Shown here: positions 38,478 through 62,779 of the stretch, piece after piece
Numbering within the stretch: the stretch's first letter is position 1
How the letters are laid out: the number at the start of each line of letters is the position of its first letter
Source of the DNA: Amoebidium appalachense
Lineage: Eukaryota; Protista; Ichthyosporea
Assembly (NCBI GenBank): GCA_963693365.1
Contig: CAVNZM010000002.1
Span: 3,798,259 to 3,862,258 of the forward strand
DNA: 64,000 bases
Direction of reading: 5' to 3'
Position numbers and translations under genes: made by a program
Notes under the pieces: generated by a model
What the model saw: only the letters and a program-made list of their open reading frames with translations
Database searches by the model: none
What the model was told of the DNA's origin: nothing

Positions 38478-41400
38478 GAACTACAATTAGTGTAGTGTTA
38501 ATGTTCGTGTAGTAGGTGTTATATGTGTTAGTATAGTAGCATAGTTTTAGAGTTGCATCTTAGGTTTAGGTTGCATGCGGTACATAGATAGAACACAGTG
38601 CAAGTGGGGGTGTCGAACAGGATAGCCATCCGGTATGCCCTGCGTTAGCGTAGCACTAGTGATCGGGAATATTCGAGATATTCGGGATAAACTGGTGGAT
38701 AGGTTCACGATAGATCAGGATAGATCTAGAAGAGTCTAGAAGATTCTGTTGGAGTGTTCTGATTGGTAGCGACTAGATCCATAGCGGCGGGTAGACCAAT
38801 CGGGAATAGTATGTAACATTCCAGTGAGCCAGACCACAAGTATATAAAGGTCCCGGTGGGCCAGTCAATGTAAGTCAGCAAATAATAAAGTCTCACAGAG
38901 AAACCTCTAAGTTACAGTGAGCCAGACCACAAGTATATAAAGGTCCCGGTGGGCCAGTCAATGTAAGTCAGCAAATAATAAAGTCTCACAGAGAAACCTC
39001 TAAGTTACAATCTACTAGCACACGATTCGTGCTTTGTCATGAATATCACATAAATATTATGTCCGCACCAATAGGACTCACTCTGACCTAAGAATTGAAC
39101 CATATATGGTTCTTCAGCTGCATACCACATAAACGAAGTGAACCAATAAGAGGTTTGCATAAATAGGACAAAGGTCTGACTGGCTCGGACCGCACCAGAA
39201 TCACGAATGGCATGTTGCCACCCGCGCTGGCCGCGGATGAACCAATCCTGGGCCTTGATCCGAAACCTGGGGGCTATATAAGAAAGCCGTCCCAGTACGG
39301 GGATCACATCAGTGAAGTCTTGAGACAGACTGAGTCGGCCCATAGTAAAAGCAACCTGGCCGCGTGTGCCTTTCTACCCGTTCTCTGTCTTTATTTTGAT
39401 TCAGTTGTACTCTGCCTTATCCTAACTAGTCCAACTGTTTACATTGGCGACCGCGCAGTTCAAGAATCTCGCATCCTTCGAATCTCACATCTTTCAATCA
39501 GTTCAAGAATCTCACATCTTTCAATCAGCTCAAGAATCTCCCATGGCCGATCACAATCCTTTTTTACCCCGATGATAGGCACATCTTTCCTTGTCCGGCT
39601 TAGAATATATACACCTACAAGTTTGAAGTGGCCAGCCCACCTACACGGAAAGAATTGAAAGCATGTAAAACTTCTTTTGCTACGACACATCAAAAATGTG
39701 AAGAAAAACGAATACACAACGAAACAACGAATACACGAACAAACGAATAAAGAATTGCTAACGAAGCAATGAACCAACGAAAAACGAACCATCACGAATA
39801 CGCAATGAAATAAAGAATTAACGACAACATCAGAAACGATTGCATAGAGGAAATACGAAATGAATGCAACACGAAAACAAAACGAAGTAACGAAGTTATC
39901 AAACGACAAAAAACGAAAAACGAAAGCAAAATGAACTGGAAATACGAAAATGAAAGGACGAATGCACAACACTGCTTGGGTTGCAATGCACACAGCCCCC
40001 TCTATGTTAGGAAGAAAATAAAACCGTTGCCCTTGCGTGCATTGCCCTATTGCACACTGCCATCGTGTCCATGCCACCGCATGCACGTCCACACTCGCAA
40101 GCCAGATGCACGGCCACTTTCAGCACAAATGCACTTAACGAAGAAGATAGTCGCTGTTGCTATAGCATGTAGGACCTAAGATCTTATGAAAGTAGTGTTG
40201 CATGCATGCTTCGAATCCCTTGCTGTTCTCGAATACAGCATGCCCCATAGTTTAGCGCCCAGGATGCACAACATGCGCATGAATGTATGCTGGCATGCCT
40301 AAACACATTACGAACATATGCCTGACTCATGTATGGCGGCCCTTCCTGGTGCCACGCCCTAACGAATTTGCACTCTTGGTGCACAAAAGGCATGTAATAA
40401 AGTCGATGCAGAACTTTTGTTCATGCATGTGAAAAACAAAGAAGGTGTTGGGTACGAATTTTAAGGTGAATGCCCGTCTGTGGCAATACGGTGTAACATA
40501 CCAATTACACTGTCAAGCCTTGCACTAGCTGCCGGCACACCCCCACCAGAACAAAAGAATGTGGTATGGGCACCGCTCCCTCACAACCCCATCATACAGT
40601 GTCAGTATTTTGGCTGGAAGCCTTTCAGTTTCGAATTACGAATACCCTCCTTCACTACTGAAGAAAGTGACGTGGAAGACAAATACGAATACGAATGCAA
40701 GGTGTTGTTGACTAACACATCGGACCATCATGTGTACCTACTAGGCCCTGGTACGGAGGTGACCATGTTATTCCCTTGCAATATGATGACACTGTAACAA
40801 TTTAGCACGTGCATACCCCACCAATGGGCACATGCGGGAGACAACCCCACAAGCTGCCTTATTGGGCACCTCTGCTAAAACGAATATTCTTCTCACGAAG
40901 GAACAGAAGAATGCCACGAACACGAACCACACACTCACCAGGCAGCTACTTACATCTAATGTATGTAAGAAGTAGGGTGTGTGAACGGGGTAACTTCATG
41001 AACACCAACACGAAAGAAAGCACAGCACAAAGCAGTTCCACGAATACGAATGGTTTTGGTATTCCACACAACGAACAGAACCTACAGTAGGGCCACCTAG
41101 TACAAATGAAGCAGAGGATGGGGCACCATCCAGACCTGCACTGGAGGATATGAAAACACGAAGCGCGCTCACGAAGTTGCTTACAAAAGAAAGGGCGACT
41201 CCGACGACTTTTCTTTTTAGGCCAAGCCTCCAGAAGAATGTATTATGCCTGGAATCCCCCTGCTCAACGAAAATATCTGGCAAATGGGATACGAAAACTG
41301 CTCACGAATGGAAGCATGTGTTTTCTGAAGGAGGCTTGCTTTGCCTACCCTCTTCTTATGAATTATGAACCGGGCTTTTACTGGTTCTGACGGGTGATAT

Positions 41401-42048
41401 ATTTCTTTATGTCGCCCAACGAAGAACACTTGGGCATTTTTATTCATGTTTTTCCCAGCTCCGATGATGCAGAGTTAAAGCTGAAAGGAAAGAAGTGCTA
41501 TTTGTTCATGAAAGAAGCGGCTTTTCCGGCCATGGTGACTCGCCTTACAGTCTTATGGTAGAACCGGGATAAGGAGCAGTGGCTAAGCCTTGAAGCTATC
41601 CACCACTACCTGAGCTACGAAGTGACCTAAGGCTCGAGTTATATTCATTATCGAATGTTTGGTATGATCATTCATCCACACAACCAAATTACTCGCAATT
41701 GAAAACGAATCTGCGGGAGTATCCTAAAAAGGAAAAATTCCCAAAAAGGAAAATACTACTTCTACAGAAAAGCCAAGCACAGAGACGAAGGCTTAGCGAA
41801 TTATTCGCACGCACACTCTGCAACAATCTTCGCCACGAAAATGAAATCACAGAAGAATGCTGCATGAATTTACGTTTTGGCAAATGAAGAAGTGCTCATA
41901 GACGTGCACGACTCTATTCCACCGTCCTTGCTCTGTTCTGTCCAGCAGCTCGGCACACACAAGAATTCTCGCTGAAGGTTGTTTATCGCCTCTCAGCCTG
42001 GTGGTTTGCTTGTCTAACGACACCACCAGGCTCCCGACAAGGGGGGAG

Positions 42049-42529
42049 TGTAAACAACTGTACACATGAACTGTACATGTTTACTAAAGAATGTGATCTA
42101 CTAGCACACGATTCGTGCTTTGTCATGAATATCACATAAATATTATGTCCGCACCAATAGGACTCACTCTGACCTAAGAATTGAACCATATATGGTTCTT
42201 CAGCTGCATACCACATAAACGAAGTGAACCAATAAGAGGTTTGCATAAATAGGACAAAGGTCTGACTGGCTCGGACCGCACCAGAATCACGAATGGCATG
42301 TTGCCACCCGCGCTGGCCGCGGATGAACCAATCCTGGGCCTTGATCCGAAACCTGGGGGCTATATAAGAAAGCCGTCCCAGTACGGGGATCACATCAGTG
42401 AAGTCTTGAGACAGACTGAGTCGGCCCATAGTAAAAGCAACCTGGCCGCGTGTGCCTTTCTACCCGTTCTCTGTCTTTATTTTGATTCAGTTGTACTCTG
42501 CCTTATCCTAACTAGTCCAACTGTTTACA
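42049..42529 (+). repeat. 3' LTR of element B
   Basis: 481 bp; no mismatch seen against the reconstructed 5' LTR. Confidence 0.95.
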
Positions 42530-44452
42530 GTCTTCTCATCCCCGCGTTCTCCGCCTACACTCTTCTGTTCTTCTACACGTGGATTTTGCGCATGTGTTTG
42601 TCACTCGGCGACATCCCGTACGAGATATGGTCTCAGCGGGCGTTCTACATTCCAACGATGATGATGATTGGAAACCGCCTTCTCCGTCCCGTCGCCATGC
42701 ACACGATTATGGTGCTTTCTCTACGCATCGTCGTGATTTACGTCGGTTACCCTGTCCTCTACCCACGTCCACGCTGGGTGAGTTGTAGCCAGTACGTCAT
42801 GGAGATATTGAAAAAACGTCACGCGCTTTACGCCGGAATCGCCGTTTTGTGCACGCCTTCAATTATCATGTTGGCGAGGGATTTAGTAAAGATTTTTATT
42901 CTCTCCAGCATCGACGAGTATTTTGAGGATGCTAGAGATGTAATTCCGACGACGGGGATAGAAATCTACACGGCGGCATTCAATTTATGGGCGTCCATGT
43001 GCCTGTATCATATTCGTAGCAGACTGAAGTGGGTTGATCTGGACCAATCTTGGTACCTCGTTCCGCTTTCATGCATGTGGTGTTTGTGCATCGCCGTCGT
43101 GTGAATTCACGGGTACACTGTGCTTTCCGTTTACAGCGCCTTTACAAGGTGAATTATAACACTGCTTTATACCGGAATTACGGGTACGTTTTTCGCTTTT
43201 GTGTGGAGCACGTTCGGTTGATGATGCGACAGCCAGGCGGCATTGCGGGTTCTACGCGTAGAAACACCGTAACTTCCATAAACACGGAATCTTGAGCAGC
43301 GAGCAATACAATGCTTCAGGCTGAAAATGGAAACGGAGCTGGAAAGAAAAATACAGGGAAAACGAAGAAGGAAAACGGAATGGACGGTGCCCCACTTACT
43401 GCTGTTGTGTCAATCGGCGGTGACCAATCGGAAGATTTCGTTAGCTACTTGACTTGCAGGAAAAAGTTAGCCCATATGTTGTAAAACTTTGCGAGGCTTT
43501 TTTTTCTTTTTTTTCTTTTTTTCTTTTTCTTTTTCTTTTTTTTTTTTTTTTTTTTTTTTGGGGGGGGGGGGGGGAAGCGGGGGTGGTCCTCATATGGTGG
43601 GTGCTATTTTCCCAAATTCAAGTCTTTTCTCGGCCTTTTTTAACGTAAAAGGGTTTAAATTTACATAGGCACTGTGGCAAACACACGCCAACACCGTAAT
43701 ATGCTACACCCACACGATCCAAATACAACGCCACATGTACAGCATGCACAAACACATGTGAAAGTGCGCGCACAAATGCACATACACACACGTGCACCTC
43801 CCTTCTTCTTTCGGGATGTCCCGGCCCGAAACACATGTTCGTGATAGTTTGAAAGAGTCAAGTGTACAAGTGTTACAGTTCCTGTATTACCGAGTCTCAG
43901 TATCGATATCAAATGTTGAAAGAGCATAGTGGAAGGATGTATCGGATAAAGAAAAGCCAAAACGTCCAGATGTGGCTACAGAGGATTTAACTTATACCCA
44001 GGCCGGATTGGTAACCTACATTACCCGGATGATATTGCACCGTGCACTGTATTTCAAGTGATTTAAGATGATGTACTATAAATTGGAATAAAACACGGTG
44101 TTGCTTATTGAATACTAATGGTCTGGCGTAAATATAATTTCTGAGTTACCAGGAATATCTACGTCATTGATTTTGAAGCCTTCCCCGATATCCAAAAGCC
44201 AAACATAATGCATGCTTTATAGCCGCACCGTAGTACTACTGTAGACACTTCACCCACCCACTACCAGCAACAATGGTCCGAGGGCTGTATGTAAGGTAAA
44301 AGAGAAAGCAGGTTGGGTCTGGTCTGAACACACACGGACACAATTTGCTAACCAGGCCATCAACTCGGGGGGATGATATTATCCCCCCCCCCCCCCCCCC
44401 CCCCCTCCGTCCGCCCGACCTCCCATCCCCTTCCCCGCCGCCACTACCCTTC

Positions 44453-44521
<69 letters not shown>

Positions 44522-44526
44522 GCACA

Positions 44527-44563
<37 letters not shown>

Positions 44564-44578
44564 GCACGCACGAACGAA

Positions 44579-44611
<33 letters not shown>

Positions 44612-45267
44612 GCACGCACGCACGCACACGCACACACACACACACACATACACACACACACACACATCACACGGTACACACAGGCCCCCCCTCCCCCCCC
44701 CCCCCCCCCCCCTCCTTCCCTTCCCAACACACACACACACACACACACACACCTGTCGTTACCTTTCGGATCCAATGAGTCGAAATAGTCTTTCTTTGGC
44801 CTAACTAAACTGCACAAATATCACGTACACGTGTTGGTGTGTGTGCTTTGAAGATCTGCAGGCTTTAAAGTTTGAAAAAGGAACCTACTAAGGCCGACCA
44901 ATCGACTCAGTCTGTCGTTTTTTTTTTTTGTTTTTTTTTTTTTCCTTCGTTTTTTTTTTTTCGAATATCGAATTTTCGAATGGGTGGGGGGGGGGGGGGA
45001 GGGGGAGGGGGGGGGGGGGGGGCTCGAGGGGGGGGAGGGGGGCTCGAGGTGGGGAGGGGGGGCTCGAGGGGGGAGGGGGGGGAAATATGTAGACCATTGA
45101 AGTGTTGGCTCCAGAGTGTCACTGATAAATAAGGAGCCCGGATCAAAGCCGCCCGGACGCGCGTGTGTGTATGCGCGCGCGCGCGCGTGCGTTTGTGTGC
45201 GTGTGTGTGCCACGCGCGCGCGCGCGTGTGTGTGTGTGTGTGTGTGTACACTACACATGCGTGTGTT

Positions 45268-45306
<39 letters not shown>

Positions 45307-45573
45307 ATGTGTGTGTGTGTGTGTGAACCGGCATGGCTGGGGTGAATACCCTTGGCAAAGTGGGTGCAAATAGTTAGGATTGTTTTAAGGTGTGTTAAGG
45401 CTTATCTAATAATACCGAAGCACCCTAGCTAGAGTACTGTCGGTGCTGGGTGGAGGACGGTAGTTTCCTCTGAGGGCCCCAGGGGTCCCTCCGGGAACAA
45501 ACTACGGGATAAAAAAATAAAAAATAAAATGTGTGTGTGTGTGCGTGTGTGTGTGCGTGCGCGCGCGCGCGCG

Positions 45574-45669
<96 letters not shown>

Positions 45670-45971
45670 CGCGTGCGCGTGCGCGCGCATGTGCGTGTTT
45701 GCATGTGTGCGGGTGCATGCATATGTGTGCGTGTGTGGTGTGCACGCGTGTGTGCACGTGTGTGTGTGCTCATGTGTCACGGCCCGGAGGGGCGGGGACA
45801 ATGACTGGGGAGGACCTGAGGCAACACCGGCCAATAAATGGCGCACTAACTTAGCTTATTTAGGAATTATTGTTTTCGCCATCCAATCAGATTACAGCTT
45901 GGAACAATTAGATGGTCCCCGCTGAATTTCGAATGGGTGTTTATTCTATGACTTTATTCGGAGATGCTCAT

Positions 45972-46166
45972 GGGGTTTACGCTGTTTACTCGAGGCAAAG
46001 AGAACCAGTCTCAGGTATGGGGGGGGGGGTTTTGCTCGGAATATCCCCTCAGCGGTATATCATGATCACGTACATAGATGTCGGGTGGTGACTATATATC
46101 AGGGTTTACTTTCTCTACGAGACACCATAAAGACTACAAGGAGAAATCAATTAGTTGGGGTTCCCC

Positions 46167-46209
<43 letters not shown>

Positions 46210-46241
46210 GGGCTCCCCTCGGGACACTCGGTATCAGCTGG

Positions 46242-46300
<59 letters not shown>

Positions 46301-48447
46301 TGTGTGTGTGCGCGCGTGCGCTATAATTTTGTAGTGATGTGTTTCTCAAGCCAATCAATACATCTAATAAACAGGTCGTAGTTACGCGTGTTTAGTATAA
46401 AATCAAGGATCATGTTGTAATTTACAGGTAGGCTATCTTTCTGGGTGTCTGTTGTGAATGTGACGTGTGTGTGTTGCGGTATTATGTGGTCTATCAAACT
46501 ACATTTGGCGATACATGACCGGTTAAACTGGTGTGTGTGTGTGTTGTTTGGGCATGCAAATGATGCCACCTTATACTTATTAGATCTCCACTGTATAGCA
46601 CGTGTACAGTAAAAGCGTGGTAATTGATCAATAATACCATCAGCTAGAGAAAGACCAGTTCTACAGGAAGGTAATATGTATTTAGGTGTTATACACTTGC
46701 GAGTGCCATATTTGGCAATATGGTTGAGGCGGTCAGTATATATAAAACGAGACATAAGGCTTAGTTTTTCAAGGTGTATGCTTTCATCGGGTCTAGTGTC
46801 GTGTGGTATCTTTTTCCATTTGTTATATTGCGTGATTATCTTGTGATTGTGTACATGTTTAATAAGTAAGTGGCAGTCCAAAGTCACACACACACTATTG
46901 CGGGGTTTATTTGTATTTGTGCCCAGGGGAGAAGGGGAGAGAGAGGGGAGGAAAGAGGGGAGAGGTGAGGAGGGGACAGGTCGGATAGAGAAGAGAGGGT
47001 GGGAGGGCAAATACTTCTTTAAGCGGCTTATGTGCTTATTGAATTTCAGCGCGAGATAGGATACTCTAGCAGCTATTGGGACCAGACCATATATCGAGAG
47101 CGTTACAGGCCCAGGTTTACAACAGTTGTTAGATAGAAAGGAGGCAACTTCTGCTTCAAGGAAATTTGCCAAGGGTTTAAGCGCTCTAGTTCTCTCTTTC
47201 TTGATCCAAGCGGCGAGAAGGGGTAAACCATATTCACATGCCGGGAAGACAAAAGTGCGAATAAATGTAAGTCTAATAGAAGGATGGAGGGGTGTGTCTT
47301 TAAAAATATTAGCCGAGAAGAAAGCTAACCGCTTACGAGCCAACTCTACCCTCTTTTCGACCATATGGGGAAACATAACACCAACAGAATCAACCGGAAC
47401 ACCAAGATATTTGTATTCTGGAACTATAGGTACAGGTTTAGATCATAATGTAAATGTGTGTAAATTGTTAGCTATATCAGGTACAAGAACACCACATTTG
47501 TCTATGTTAAGGATCATAAGGTTTGCCTTGCACCACTCTGACACTACATCGAACAATCTTTGCAGGCGTCTAGGGGTACGGGCAAGGAGGGACAGATCAT
47601 CAGCATAGAGAAGTGCAGGCGGAAAGTTATTAATAGGGTCATCGTTTTCGGCGTAAATCTTGACAGCCAAATCATCTATAAATAGGTTAAACAAAAAGGG
47701 GCTAAGCAATGAACCCTGCAAGAGACCTCTAGTACGAGCAAAACCATATGAAAGATGCCCATTAACCACAGCTCTACCATAGGTTTGAGACAAGAGTGCT
47801 TCTAACAGAACACCAATGCAGTGTGGTACACCCCGTGCAGCAAGCTTTTCCCATAGGAGACCAGGGGAGACAGAATCGTAAGCAGTTTTCCAATCAATAA
47901 AGCCAACATATTGTGCACCAACTTGCATAGAATCGTGCAGTGCCATTATTTGAACATAACATGAATTGTTTTTACGAAAAGCGGATTGGCATGGGTGTAT
48001 GTGAAGAATAGATTGAAACCTAGGGTGATGTGCAAATAACCTAAGTAAGCAAGCTTCAAAGAATCTACGAACAACCTGGGTTAGTGTAATGGGGCGAAAG
48101 GATGATATGGGGCCCTCAGAGTCCTTCTTAACTATGGGGATCACTAAGGTATCTAACCAAGATGACGGGACATGTCCACATTTAACACACCAAGAAAAGA
48201 GAGAGCTTAACATGATAGTAAGATCAGGTTTAATAGCACGATCACTTTCCTTTTGTGGGTAGGAGGGAACAAGGATTTTAAGAAACCCAGCAGGGAGTCC
48301 ATCAGGTCCACAAGACTTACTAGAGCTATAACTAGATATCACAGACCATATGGCATCGGGACTGAAAAAGGGGAGGATCGATTCTATGGGGATAGATGGG
48401 TCTACAGGCCACACAATAGGTTTCTGAGCGGGGGTCCTATCTTTAAA
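45972..48447 (-). mobile_element. 5'-truncated LINE (copy 2)
   Basis: Near-identical to 20114-22588; 8-bp TSD ATGCTCAT (45964-45971 and 48448-48455); RT frame 46321-48447 with one nonsense TGA at 47443-47445. Confidence 0.93.
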
Positions 48448-48617
48448 ATGCTCATCAAAAGAGAAGGATTCGAGATATCACAGATATCTCAGAGAAGAAA
48501 ATACAAAAAGGCCTTCTCGGATATGGAGGATATAACGACTAAGATAATCATATACCCGAGAACACTCACTAACATACGGTTGACTTTATTGAGTATTTAT
48601 ATGATTTTCACACAGTG

Positions 48618-48811
48618 TTCAGGTATCTCAGTATGCATTTGTTACTGGATAACTCGTGAAGTTTTTATTGTCTTCTCAGTATGCCGTGCATACTTGCATA
48701 TCTTTCCGTCGACTAATTCAGATATCTCAGTATACACTTGTTACTGGATAACTCGTGAAGTTTTTATTGTCTTCTCAGTATGCCGTGCATACTTGCATAT
48801 CTTTCCGTCGA
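48618..48811. repeat. 99-bp tandem duplication
   Basis: Two copies starting at 48618 and 48717. Confidence 0.9.
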
Positions 48812-49327
48812 ATAAATCCAGTCAAAAGAAAAGAAAAAAAAAAATCCAGTCAAAAGAAAACTTTATTGAGATGTTCATCAAAAGAGAAGGATTCGCGATA
48901 TCACAGATATCTCAGAAAATTCAGGCGTCGCGACGAGTGACCAGTCCAGTTCATTTGACATCGAATAAACCAAAAAAAACGTTGACAAAGAAATCGGTTT
49001 CCAGATTTTTTAGGGGGAAAAAAGGCTTTGCCTGACAACAACCTGACCTGACACAGTGACAGAATACGAGTCTTGACTCTTGAGGCGGGGGAAAGAGCAA
49101 GCAAACAAACAAACAAAAAAAGGATACAACCGGTGTGGGTTTTTCGCATGAATGGCTCAGACCGTATAGGGGGACCCCAGATCTGCACTCCGGGCCAGCT
49201 TCTCCGAACACGCGCGGACCTGCCAACTTGCCCGCCTCTGCACTGAACTTCTCACACGTACTGACGGTGTGCACGCGCTGCGATGAACTTTGCGTTCGCT
49301 GCAGGCTCCTTACACTCTCGCGACCGC

Positions 49328-49526
49328 GTGCATGCTTTCTGTCGCGGCGCCTCGACGGTTCGATAGAGTCCAGTGTTCGCTGAATGTGTAAGGAAAAATA
49401 AGGAGCCATCTCAGTAGGTGGCAGGGCGAGTGCATGCTTTCTGTCGCGGCGCCTCGACGGTTCGATAGAGTTCAGTGCTCGCTGAATGTGTAAGGAAAAA
49501 TAAGGAGCCATCTCAGTAGGTGGCAG
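49328..49526. repeat. 102-bp tandem duplication upstream of the CAP-Gly gene
   Basis: Two copies starting at 49328 and 49430. Confidence 0.9.
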
Positions 49527-49754
49527 CTGAACTTGTGCCACCACCTTTTTTTTTATAGGCAGGCACACTATCGTACTGAGCACACACACGCCTCTCCACA
49601 AACCAAGCATACTTTCCCGTGTATACAGGGTGAAAAGACCGGGTTGATTTGGTGTCTTTTTGTCCATTCTCCCCTTCCCGGGAATCAGTAACGATTAAGC
49701 ATGGTAGGTACCTCCGGGGCACAAGTGTCGCCCCATTCCTCTGACATTGCAAAG

Positions 49755-60027
<10,273 letters not shown>

Positions 60028-60077
60028 AGACCCGAGGGATAGGTTGCCGAATGTTAGCAACGCAAACAGGCCTCATT

Positions 60078-60168
<91 letters not shown>

Positions 60169-60807
60169 CCACGCACGTGCGCCCACGCACGCATGCACGC
60201 ACACGCACCACCACCACGAGGATATACACACATGCACTCAAACACATGTATGTGCGCGGGCACCCACAAGCACAAGAACACTTGGAACTGTGCACGCACA
60301 CACATTCTCACTTCGTTTGTTAAGCACGATTTGATTGTCTGTACGTGTTTTACCTAGATCTTCAGTTTAGATTTCGTGGTACTCTCTCTCACGTGCACCT
60401 TCCGAACTCCATTTCACCCACCCACCACTCTATATTTGTACTTATTACCTACGGTTGAGCAAATTTGAGTCCCTTTGGAAGACTAATGTATGTATGATTG
60501 ATGTATTGATGACGCGACGATTACTTTTTCAGGGACATGACGTTGACTAAGTGCATTGCTGTTCATAGACTAGTTAATTAATAAATGGCCGTGTGTTATA
60601 CGGTCTGTACCGTGTTAGTTTTCTCTTTCAAAATGTGGTTTTATTTTGAATTGCAACACTGTGCCTCAGATAATAACAGCGCAATCAGGACGACACCATG
60701 GCTCTTTCTCGGTTTATTACTGGTGTCAACATCCACAACGTTAACTGACATCAACAGTCACATCAACAAACTTCACGAGAACCCAACTTCCAACCCTTGA
60801 GTGGGGA

Positions 60808-61610
60808 TGTCATCTTCCTATGATTAACGGCAAGACTTAGAAGTTGAGTTTTACACATGTTCATTAGTTTGTTATTGTTGGTTTCCTTTTCCCTTTTCCT
60901 TTCTTCCTTTCTTTCTTTCCTTTCCGTTTCCGTGTGCACAGATATCTTAGATCTGTGTACACATCGAGCTATTCAAGTTTGGCCCGCGCACACGTATTGT
61001 TGTTTGCGTCAATGTCTAAATAAGTTGTCCAATCAGATCTCGTTATATTTTCCCAAATATAGTAACCTACATTCCTCATTAATTCTACTCGATTCCTTTT
61101 CCCATTCCATTCCTTTCTATCCTCATTCCTTTTTCTTCTTTTCCCACGACGTAGCATTGCTCTATGTTCCCCAACTATTAGGAATGCTTATATTTAGACG
61201 TGTTATGTTAAGAACATGTATAAATATATGATGTGAACTAATAGATACATAAGTGGTTTCATTTTGTTAAATGTTTCCGTACTTTCATTAGAAGATTACT
61301 TTCATTAGAAGATTGCGTTTTATCTTCTATGTGTCGACAGGCATTTCGATCGATTTATTTTACCCTCATAGTTTTCGTCTTTCTGATTGGATAAAAGAGT
61401 TTTCGTTCTTTTGATTGGCTTATCGATTTCACATTCCTGAGTATAAAAGGAACTTCATCTTGAAATAAATATCAAGCAGTTGAATTCATTTCCTATGGTC
61501 CCAGAAATCATTCCACCTCTCCGGTTGTGTTTCTCCCGTGTCTCTGTGTTGTGTATAACATAACACCCATCTGTGCTCTCTGCTTCTCCGTTTACCCACA
61601 CAAAACAACA
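60808..61610 (+). mobile_element. LTR of family C (3'-LTR-like, preceded by a PPT)
   Basis: TGTCA...CAACA; reverse-complement match to 8092-8863; GAGTGGGGA immediately upstream; TATAAAAG at ~61442; no direct TSD. Confidence 0.8.
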
Positions 61611-61642
<32 letters not shown>

Positions 61643-61757
61643 AAAAGTACACACTTTAATTTATTTTTTTTTCGTTTCTGTTCTCAAGTGGGGAGATTTC
61701 ACTAGTTCAGTGGGGATACTGTGATAATACAAGCTTCAAAGTCTTATGTGGGGATGT

Positions 61758-62693
61758 TGTAATACGTAGTATCTACATATTGTAAGATCTTCCCAGTTCG
61801 TGTTATGTTTTCGTTCATTTACTAAGGCTTATTGTAAAAGATGTGCTCCTTGTACGTAAATTATGACATCGATCTCCAGTGTGTTTGAGTACTTGTAATC
61901 GTGTCGTGTCGGCTATATTCGTGTGTTTAGATATCGATAACAGCAACTGATTATAGGTACACGAGTCTACCCAGTGAGGGAGAAACGTGTACATATTTAT
62001 GTGTACATAAATATCTTCGGTTACAACTGTGTTTTCATGTTCGTGTTTTCTGTCCTGCTTTCTTTTCTTTTTCCTCTTTCTTCTTCTTTCTTTTCTCTTT
62101 CTTTCTTCTCTTGTTTCCTTTCACATAATTATATTTCTTTCTCACTAATATACGTTGAGTAGATTTATATTACTCGTTATGTTTTGATTGGTAGAAAAAC
62201 ACTTAGGTTACACTTTAGCTTGTCATGTATGATTCATAGCTTAGTCAACCACTTTTGTTTTGTGTGTTGCCGTACTATATCCAATCAGTAGACTTAGTCA
62301 GAAAATGTCTGAGTCTTTGTAGCCGGTGATACGTTAGAAACATCACCTCTTTCCTCGTTACTTTTCACCTCATTACTTTCTTATAGCTGTGACCTATGGT
62401 GTGCGTTCCTGTGTCTCCGGATCTATCTGGGAAATAATCAGTTAATTGTGATTGGTTATTTTAGACATAGATCTGATTTCCGACTGGTCGGAAATCATGT
62501 ATGGATTTGACTTAAGGGGATTTCAGGTATTTATGCGAGATCGAAATAAATTGAGTTCAGTCATGTCTAAACATTGATGTCTGTTGTGTACACTGCTCCG
62601 ATCGTTCCGTGTTTTGTTGTTGTGTGTCTGTGGTGTTTTCACACTGCACCGCTGTGTCTCTGCTTCCATCCCAAATACTTATATAATTTTACA
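61758..62693 (+). mobile_element. Possible further LTR remnant
   Basis: TGTAA...TTACA termini after a GTGGGGA motif; AT-rich with CCAAT boxes; 3' part loosely resembles family C. Confidence 0.3.
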
Positions 62694-62779
62694 ACTTCAT
62701 CCTATCATGTCATCTTTAGGTTTGATATGGTAACACTGTGATAGCATTTTTCCCAGGTACATACATGATGCTCAGGCTA

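Larger units (their letters stand above)
35348..39009 (+). mobile_element. Ty1/Copia LTR retrotransposon lacking RT
   Basis: LTRs 35348-35653 and 38611-38916 (plus a 93-bp duplication to 39009); TSD ATCTA (35343-35347 and 39010-39014); PPT AAGTGGGGG 38602-38610. Confidence 0.96.
35296..42529 (+). mobile_element. Non-autonomous Gypsy derivative (element B) related to A; 5' LTR split by a Copia
   Basis: 481-bp LTRs (35296-35347 plus 39015-39443; 42049-42529); TSD GTCTT (35291-35295 and 42530-42534); PBS 39445-39460; PPT AAGGGGGGAG 42039-42048. The 2.6-kb interior has only broken gag/linker/RT remnants, e.g. ECKVLLTNTSDHHVYL. Confidence 0.95.
35164..43104 (+). pseudogene. Orphan multi-pass (~7 TM) membrane protein ORF split by the nested LTR insertion: 35164-35295 joined to 42535-43104
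   Basis: Removing element B and one GTCTT TSD gives one open frame of 233 codons: VNAYANFAVGVITFVVSLF...ECLPRSL|LIPAFSAYTLLFFY...CLCIAVV. Confidence 0.7.

Noticed and set aside
43102-43272. All stops in the membrane-ORF frame are TGA (35161, 43102, 43150, 43219, 43222) and reading through gives another hydrophobic helix, suggesting TGA recoding or CGA-to-TGA decay
   Set aside because: A single 2-bp slip into the open 43050-43295 frame is simpler, neighbouring CpGs are intact, and the host gene uses TGA as a normal stop.
44110-44210. WLLDIGEG peptide on the minus strand resembling a Helitron PIF1 helicase motif
   Set aside because: Short, flanked by stops, and no other helicase or Rep motifs nearby.
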